From positions 1 to 34,320 of the forward strand of contig JAKQQL010000342.1 in NCBI GenBank assembly GCA_029564175.1: a DNA stretch of 34,320 nt, given 5' to 3'. The notes under the pieces were generated by a model. It saw only the letters and a program-made list of their open reading frames with translations, was not told where the DNA came from and did not search any database. This document shows, in pieces, positions 29,141 to 34,320 of the stretch (the first letter of the stretch is position 1; every line of letters starts with the position of its first letter). Source of the DNA: Candidatus Cloacimonadota bacterium. Lineage in GTDB: Bacteria > Cloacimonadota > Cloacimonadia > Cloacimonadales > WRIO01. A program made the position numbers and the translations under genes.

Positions 29141-31609
29141 CTAAATAAAAAGATTCAGATTAGATTTTTCTGCTTCTTCCAGATAGCTAGCCACTCCACC
29201 GATGGTCACATGGTCGATCAGTTCTTCTGCTTTCACACCCATGACATCCATAGACATCTGGCAGGCGATCATCTGAATACCATTGGCTACTGCTGATTCC
29301 AGCATCTCTTGGAGTGAATCAATCTTCTGGGAAGCCATTCTCTTTTTCATCATCCATGAGCCCATCCCCATCATATTCAGTTTAGACAATGCCAGTTTAC
29401 TGTTATGACCAGGCAACATCATGGAGAACATCTTCCCCATAAAGTCTTTTTTAACAGGCGGTTTGACTGCTTTTTTAATGACATTCAAACCCCAGAAAGT
29501 AAAGAACATGGTTACTTTCTTCCCTGTCGATGCGGCTCCGTTGGCTATTACAAATGAAGCCAGCGCTTTATCCATATCATCACTAAAAACGATAATTGTT
29601 TTATTATTTCCCTGACTATGAACTTCTGGCGCAGATCTCAGGTTTTCTTTCATAATCTCGGCAATGATCTTGCCTTTTTCCTGTTTGATTTCCAGTAACT
29701 TATTACCAGTCATATTGCACCAGGAAGCGACATCTTTTTTAAATCCGGGATCTGAAGCACTGATAATCAGTCTGTCCCCTTCTTCAATACTGTCGATTTC
29801 CTTTTTCAGTTTCATGATCGGACCCGGGCATTGTAAACCGCAGGCATCTATATTAAAACTTTTACTCTCTTTATTTTTCTTCAGTTGAGCTGGATTAACC
29901 TGTAATATCAGATCATCCTTATCAATAAAATCTTTGGCAAAAATGTCTTCATTACTCTGTTTCTGTGTCGCATGTTCATAAGTTTTGTAACCGCCTGACA
30001 AGTTAAAAACCTCTGAAAAACCCTTTTGCATCAGGATTCTGGCAGCCAGATAACCTCTTAAACCAACCCCGCAGAACACAATAATCTTTTTATCACCAGG
30101 TACTTCATTAACTCGTTTTCTCAGATCATCCAGCGGAATATTAACAGCGCCTTCGATAGAGCCTAATTTAAATTCATCCGCAGTTCTGACATCCAGAAAA
30201 TAATGAGAATCTCTGTCTGCCTCAAGGATATACTTCCAATCCACAATCTTCAAGATGTCTTTCATCATGTTTTCTGCCACAAAACCGGCAATATTAACCG
30301 GATCTTTGGCTGATGAAAATGGAGGCGCATACGCATGCTCAATCTCTTGTAAATCATAGATACTGCCTGAATTATTCAGAACCGTGGCAATGATATCAAT
30401 ACGCTTATCAATCCCCTCATAACCAATCATCTGTGCACCAAATACCTTTCCATCTTCTGGTGAAAACAATAATTTTAATGTGAGCGGTAAGGCATCGGGA
30501 TAGTATCCGGCATGAGATGAACCATGTATTACAGATGATAAATAAGGGATTTTTTCCTGTATCAGCATTTTCTCTGAAAGTCCTGTAGAAGCAACCGTTA
30601 TATCAAAAACCTTGGCAATCGCACTGCCAATAGCGCCTTTATATTTTCGGGTATTACCATAAACGATATTGTCAGCCACGATTCGACCCTGTTTGTTAGC
30701 TGGTCCTGCCAAATAAGTAATGACCGGTTTCTTTAAAATCGGATGATTAAACAATACTGCATCACCTAAAGCATAGATATCCGCATCATTCGTCTGCATA
30801 AAGTCATTCACCACAATGCCTTTTCTGTCACCAATTTCCAAACCAGATTCTTTGGCCAGTTTACTTTCCGGACTGACCCCGATTGATAAAATCACCAGAT
30901 CGGTACGAATATTCTTACCGCTTTTTAAGTTCACAACCAACGTACTGTTGTCTTTGCTGAAAGAAATCACCGAGTCTTTCAGGTAGAACTCCACATTCTT
31001 GGTTTTCAGATGCTGATGAATTTCGGCAGCCATTTCATAATCCAGCATATTCATCACCTGATCAGCCATTTCCACAATCGTTACCTGCATCCCCATATGA
31101 TGGAGATTTTCAGCCATTTCCAGTCCTATAAACCCTGCACCGATGATAACAGCTCGTTTTGACTGGTTTTCTTGAATATAAGTCTTTATTTTATCTGTAT
31201 CAGGCACATTTCTTAAAGTAAAAATCCCTTTACTGTCAATCCCTGGCAAAGGTGGTCTGACCGGTTCTGCACCAGGAGACAAAACTAATTTATCATATCT
31301 TTCTTCATATACTTCATCCGTTTTTAAATTTTTAACTAAAACACTTTTACTTTCACGATTTATCTTAATCACTTCTGATAAATTACGAACATCTACATTT
31401 AATCTCTCCCGAAACGTCTCCGGAGTCTGAACAAATAATCTTTCTCTGTCTTGAATCACCCCGCCAATATAATAAGGTAATCCACAATTCGCATAAGAGA
31501 TGTATTCTCCTCTTTCAAACATAATAATCTCTGCATTTTCATCCAGCCTTCTCAACCTTGCTGCTGTGGTTGCTCCACCTGCCACTCCTCCAACTATTAT
31601 GATTTTCAT
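29141..31609 (-). CDS. CoA-disulfide reductase-rhodanese-TusA(SirA)-DsrE2 fusion protein
   Basis: MKIIIVGGVAGG, SYANCGLPY, GAGFIGLE, YAPPFS; rhodanese LDVRT...FCGVGLRG; TusA DACGLQCPGP; DsrE FFTFWG...ACQMSM. Start reset to 31609. Confidence 0.9.
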   Translation of the reverse strand: MKIIIVGGVAGGATTAARLRRLDENAEIIMFERGEYISYANCGLPYYIGGVIQDRERLFVQTPETFRERLNVDVRNLSEVIKINRESKSVLVKNLKTDEVYEERYDKLVLSPGAEPVRPPLPGIDSKGIFTLRNVPDTDKIKTYIQENQSKRAVIIGAGFIGLEMAENLHHMGMQVTIVEMADQVMNMLDYEMAAEIHQHLKTKNVEFYLKDSVISFSKDNSTLVVNLKSGKNIRTDLVILSIGVSPESKLAKESGLEIGDRKGIVVNDFMQTNDADIYALGDAVLFNHPILKKPVITYLAGPANKQGRIVADNIVYGNTRKYKGAIGSAIAKVFDITVASTGLSEKMLIQEKIPYLSSVIHGSSHAGYYPDALPLTLKLLFSPEDGKVFGAQMIGYEGIDKRIDIIATVLNNSGSIYDLQEIEHAYAPPFSSAKDPVNIAGFVAENMMKDILKIVDWKYILEADRDSHYFLDVRTADEFKLGSIEGAVNIPLDDLRKRVNEVPGDKKIIVFCGVGLRGYLAARILMQKGFSEVFNLSGGYKTYEHATQKQSNEDIFAKDFIDKDDLILQVNPAQLKKNKESKSFNIDACGLQCPGPIMKLKKEIDSIEEGDRLIISASDPGFKKDVASWCNMTGNKLLEIKQEKGKIIAEIMKENLRSAPEVHSQGNNKTIIVFSDDMDKALASFVIANGAASTGKKVTMFFTFWGLNVIKKAVKPPVKKDFMGKMFSMMLPGHNSKLALSKLNMMGMGSWMMKKRMASQKIDSLQEMLESAVANGIQMIACQMSMDVMGVKAEELIDHVTIGGVASYLEEAEKSNLNLFI

Positions 31610-31732
31610 TCCTTTATCTCCTTTATAGTGTTTGCATTTTATAGTATAATATATCAACCTTTCGGCATAAAGCAAATGAAAATTTTAATATTTTAAAAAA
31701 TATTTGATTTTTTAAAAATACTCCATTTTATA

Positions 31733-31761
31733 TTGACAAGTTTGATTAAAACTGTTATGAT
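31733..31761 (+). promoter_or_regulatory. Sigma70-type promoter
   Basis: TTGACA-17 nt-TATGAT with extended TG, upstream of AAAGGAG RBS. Confidence 0.7.
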
Positions 31762-31779
31762 TAATTAAAGGAGTGAAAT

Positions 31780-32175
31780 ATGGAAAAACAATTTGTAATC
31801 ATCATGATCAGTTCATTTATTATTGTATTAACAACCGCAATCCTAATGACCTTGTTTATATTCAAAAACATGAAAAAGAACCAGAATGTCTCACCTTCTT
31901 CAAGTGATAATTCAAACAACCTAAAAGATGATGAGATGCTTTGCCCCAATTGCGGTAAACAAATGGTTGCCGGTTATACACTTACACAGAGAGGTATCTT
32001 TTTTCATGCAAAAGGGCATGATTTCAACCTCATTAAGGCTGCTTTTTCGAATCAAATTCTTAAAAATACAGCAGATATGAGTATCAGATTTCGTCCTCGT
32101 GAAAATTTTGCCTGGCATTGTCCGGATTGCCAGATTGTAACGATTGACCACAGCCAAATGGTTGAATTTAATTAA
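31780..32175 (+). CDS. Membrane-anchored zinc-ribbon protein (DUF6487/PF20097-like)
   Basis: N-terminal TM helix; CPNCGKQMVAG and AWHCPDC CxxC pairs; strong RBS and promoter. Confidence 0.7.
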   Translation: MEKQFVIIMISSFIIVLTTAILMTLFIFKNMKKNQNVSPSSSDNSNNLKDDEMLCPNCGKQMVAGYTLTQRGIFFHAKGHDFNLIKAAFSNQILKNTADMSIRFRPRENFAWHCPDCQIVTIDHSQMVEFN

Positions 32176-32235
32176 TTTAACTAAAAAAGGACTTTACTTT
32201 TATCATATTCAAAACCATCTCCTATCATTTTCTTT

Positions 32236-32475
32236 CGCCCCTGACGGGGCTTTTCTCTGTTCCGCTCCTCCGGAGCGGAGGTTGATGGATTGCCTAGCCC
32301 CACGGATAAAGAGTCTGTGCGAAAACCTAAATTCCGTAGGAATTACCGAGTGGTAGCCAGATGCGGAAGCGTCTGGTATAGAGTGTGTTACAAAGCAAGC
32401 GCCATAGGTGCGACCGAATAAAAATCTGCCTTTTTGCACAGATTCTAAATCCATTGGCTATTCATATCGCTCCCT
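32236..32475. repeat. GC-rich cluster of REP-like hairpins interrupted by a MITE
   Basis: GCCCC-TGAC-GGGGC (32237-32250), TCCGCTCC-TCC-GGAGCGGA (32261-32279), split hairpin CCACGGA/TAAA/TCCATTGG. Confidence 0.6.
32311..32445. mobile_element. 135-bp MITE with ~15-bp imperfect TIRs and a 4-bp TAAA target duplication
   Basis: GAGTCTGTGCGAAAA ... TTTTTGCACAGATTC, flanked by TAAA at 32307-32310 and 32446-32449; second copy at 27923-28057. Confidence 0.75.
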
Positions 32476-32476
32476 T

Positions 32477-32502
32477 TTCCGTGTCTTTCCGTGCTTTCCG
32501 TG
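32477..32502 (+). repeat. Triple TTCCGTG repeat (10/9-nt spacing)
   Basis: TTCCGTG at 32477, 32487 and 32496. Confidence 0.6.
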
Positions 32503-32612
32503 GTCGCAAAATCAATTCGAATATCATAAAATACAAAGTATTCAGATTTTCATTGACATAAAAACCAAACAAAAAAGAATTAGTTAAAAATACTATAAAT
32601 CAGGAGATAATA

Positions 32613-33857
32613 ATGGCAACGATTCGTCCTTTTGCGGCAGTTCGCCCGGCTAAAGAAAAAGCAAACCTTATTGCAGCATTACCTTACGATGTGATGAATT
32701 CTGATGAAGCAAGAGAAATGGTAAAAGATAATCCGCTCAGCTTCTTACATGTAGATAAATCAGAAATTGATTTACCAAGAGAAATTGATCTGTATGACGA
32801 AAAAGTTTACCAAAAAGCAAAAGAAAACCTTTATTCACTGATTGATAATAACCACTTAATCACTGAAGAAAAACCTTGTTTATACCTTTATCAGCAGATC
32901 ATGAATGGTCATGCGCAAACCGGTCTGGTAGCTTGTTCTTCCGTACAGGAATATGAAAACGATATTATCAAAAAACACGAGCATACCCGTGCTGAAAAAG
33001 AAGCTGACCGAATCAAACATGTGGATACTTTGAATGCACAAACCGGTCCTATCTTCTTAACTTACCGCGCTCAGCAGGAAATCACTGACAGAATGAACGA
33101 AATCATGAAGAATGCACCATTATATGATTTTACTGCCGAAGATGATGTAAAACATATCGTTTGGATTGTTGAAAACGAAGCTGATATCAACTTCTTTACC
33201 GAGAAATTCAAAACCGTTAATTACCTCTACATTGCTGATGGTCATCATCGTTGCGCTTCTGCTGTAAGAGTTGGTCAGAGAAGAAAAGCGGCTAATCCAA
33301 ATCATACCGGCAACGAAGAATATAACTACTTCCTCTCTGTTATCTTCCCTGACAATCAGTTAGCGATTATGGATTATAACCGTATCGTCAAAGACCTTAA
33401 CGGCAATAGCAAAGAAGAATTCTTAAATAAAGTAGCAGAAATGTTTGAAATTAAAGAAGTTTCTGCTGATCAGCCATATCATCCTGAAACAGCTCATACC
33501 TTTGGTATGTATCTGGATAAAATGTGGTACAAATTGTCAGCTAAAGCAGGTACTTACCAGGAAAATGATCCGGTTAACTCTCTCGATGTATCTATCATGC
33601 AGAACAACCTGCTCAACCCTATCCTGGGTATCGGTGACCCAAGAACAGACAAGAGAATTGACTTCGTGGGCGGTATCCGCGGTTTAAATGAATTAAGCAA
33701 AAGAGTTGATGCCGGCGAAGCTGTTGCCTTTTCCATGTACCCTACTTCAATTGAACAGTTAATGAATATCGCTGATGCAGGTCAGGTAATGCCTCCAAAA
33801 TCTACCTGGTTTGAACCTAAATTACGCTCCGGTTTATTCATCCATTTATTAGGATAA
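32613..33857 (+). CDS. DUF1015 family protein
   Basis: MATIRPF, LPYDV, IKKHEHTR, YIADGHHR, DFVGGIRG, MPPKSTWFEPKLRSGL. Confidence 0.9.
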   Translation: MATIRPFAAVRPAKEKANLIAALPYDVMNSDEAREMVKDNPLSFLHVDKSEIDLPREIDLYDEKVYQKAKENLYSLIDNNHLITEEKPCLYLYQQIMNGHAQTGLVACSSVQEYENDIIKKHEHTRAEKEADRIKHVDTLNAQTGPIFLTYRAQQEITDRMNEIMKNAPLYDFTAEDDVKHIVWIVENEADINFFTEKFKTVNYLYIADGHHRCASAVRVGQRRKAANPNHTGNEEYNYFLSVIFPDNQLAIMDYNRIVKDLNGNSKEEFLNKVAEMFEIKEVSADQPYHPETAHTFGMYLDKMWYKLSAKAGTYQENDPVNSLDVSIMQNNLLNPILGIGDPRTDKRIDFVGGIRGLNELSKRVDAGEAVAFSMYPTSIEQLMNIADAGQVMPPKSTWFEPKLRSGLFIHLLG

Positions 33858-33870
33858 TATACACATTTTG

Positions 33871-33900
33871 CAGGGCAGTATATCTGCCCTGTTTTCTTTT
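33871..33900 (+). terminator. Rho-independent terminator after DUF1015
   Basis: CAGGGCAG-TATAT-CTGCCCTG followed by TTTTCTTTT. Confidence 0.75.
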
Positions 33901-33915
33901 CAATACAGAGGCTTA

Positions 33916-34320
33916 ATGAAAAAATATGCCATTGTCAGCTTAGGTTGCCCAAAGAATTTAGTCGATTCAGAATATTTCAATCAAATCTTTATAGACTCAG
34001 ATTTTACCTTGACAGCAGATGCTGAAAAAGCAGATTTTGTCCTGATCAACACCTGCGGATTTATCAATCCGGCTAAAGAAGAATCTATCAATACCATCTT
34101 TGAATATACCGAACTCAAAAAACAGAATAAACATCTACAAGTCATCGTAACCGGTTGTTTAGTAAAAAGATACATGGATGATTTAAAAGCAGAAATCCCT
34201 GAAGTCGATCACTGGATTGAACTGAAGGATTTTGAAACCTTAAAAACAATCCTGCATACCAATCGTTCATCGGATAAAAGAGCAATTTTAACCCCCAAAT
34301 ACTACGCTTATCTTAGAATC
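33916..34320 (+). CDS. rimO: Ribosomal protein S12 methylthiotransferase (5' part, runs off the window)
   Basis: Read manually: MKKYAIVSLGCPKNLVDSE...INTCGFINPAKEESI...VTGCLV..Y...IPEVD...YAYLRI. Confidence 0.88.
   Translation, partial: MKKYAIVSLGCPKNLVDSEYFNQIFIDSDFTLTADAEKADFVLINTCGFINPAKEESINTIFEYTELKKQNKHLQVIVTGCLVKRYMDDLKAEIPEVDHWIELKDFETLKTILHTNRSSDKRAILTPKYYAYLRI

Noticed and set aside
31610..31675. N-terminal extension of the CoA-disulfide reductase
   Set aside because: The Rossmann fold begins at MKIIIVGG, with an RBS upstream of 31609
32230..32450. tRNA or riboswitch in the GC-rich island
   Set aside because: No cloverleaf or T-loop and no recognised aptamer; better explained by REP hairpins and a MITE
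32144..32454. Small ORFs 32144..32356 and 32209..32454
   Set aside because: They run through the hairpin/MITE cluster and are most likely chance frames in repeat DNA

Overview
AT-rich bacterial chromosome segment, most consistent with Candidatus Cloacimonadota (inferred from FlgD-Ig/'Por-type' C-terminal-domain secreted proteins and gene content; not verified by search). The left and centre are mostly housekeeping genes: mtaB, an MlaF-like ABC ATPase, cobB, rfbD, bioY, a PAS histidine kinase, an AAA-ATPase/PD-(D/E)XK protein, aspS, a lipoprotein, gyrA/gyrB, a PASTA protein, rsmB, ruvA, ruvC, yebC and an EF-G2-like factor. The right part (22-32.5 kb) is accessory. It holds two tandem paralogous secreted proteins bracketed by three copies of a ~170-bp mosaic element built from three REP-like palindrome families (the same units recur at 57-454), a hypothetical gene whose C-terminus comes from a MITE, and a CoA-disulfide reductase-rhodanese-TusA-DsrE fusion. 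It also holds a 135-bp MITE inserted with a TAAA duplication into the loop of a REP-like hairpin. DUF1015 and the start of rimO follow. No rRNA, tRNA, CRISPR array or transposase gene was seen. The most interesting signals are the nested non-coding mobile elements, the cassette-like gene array with conserved flanks and divergent cores, and non-canonical quinolone-target residues in both gyrase subunits.
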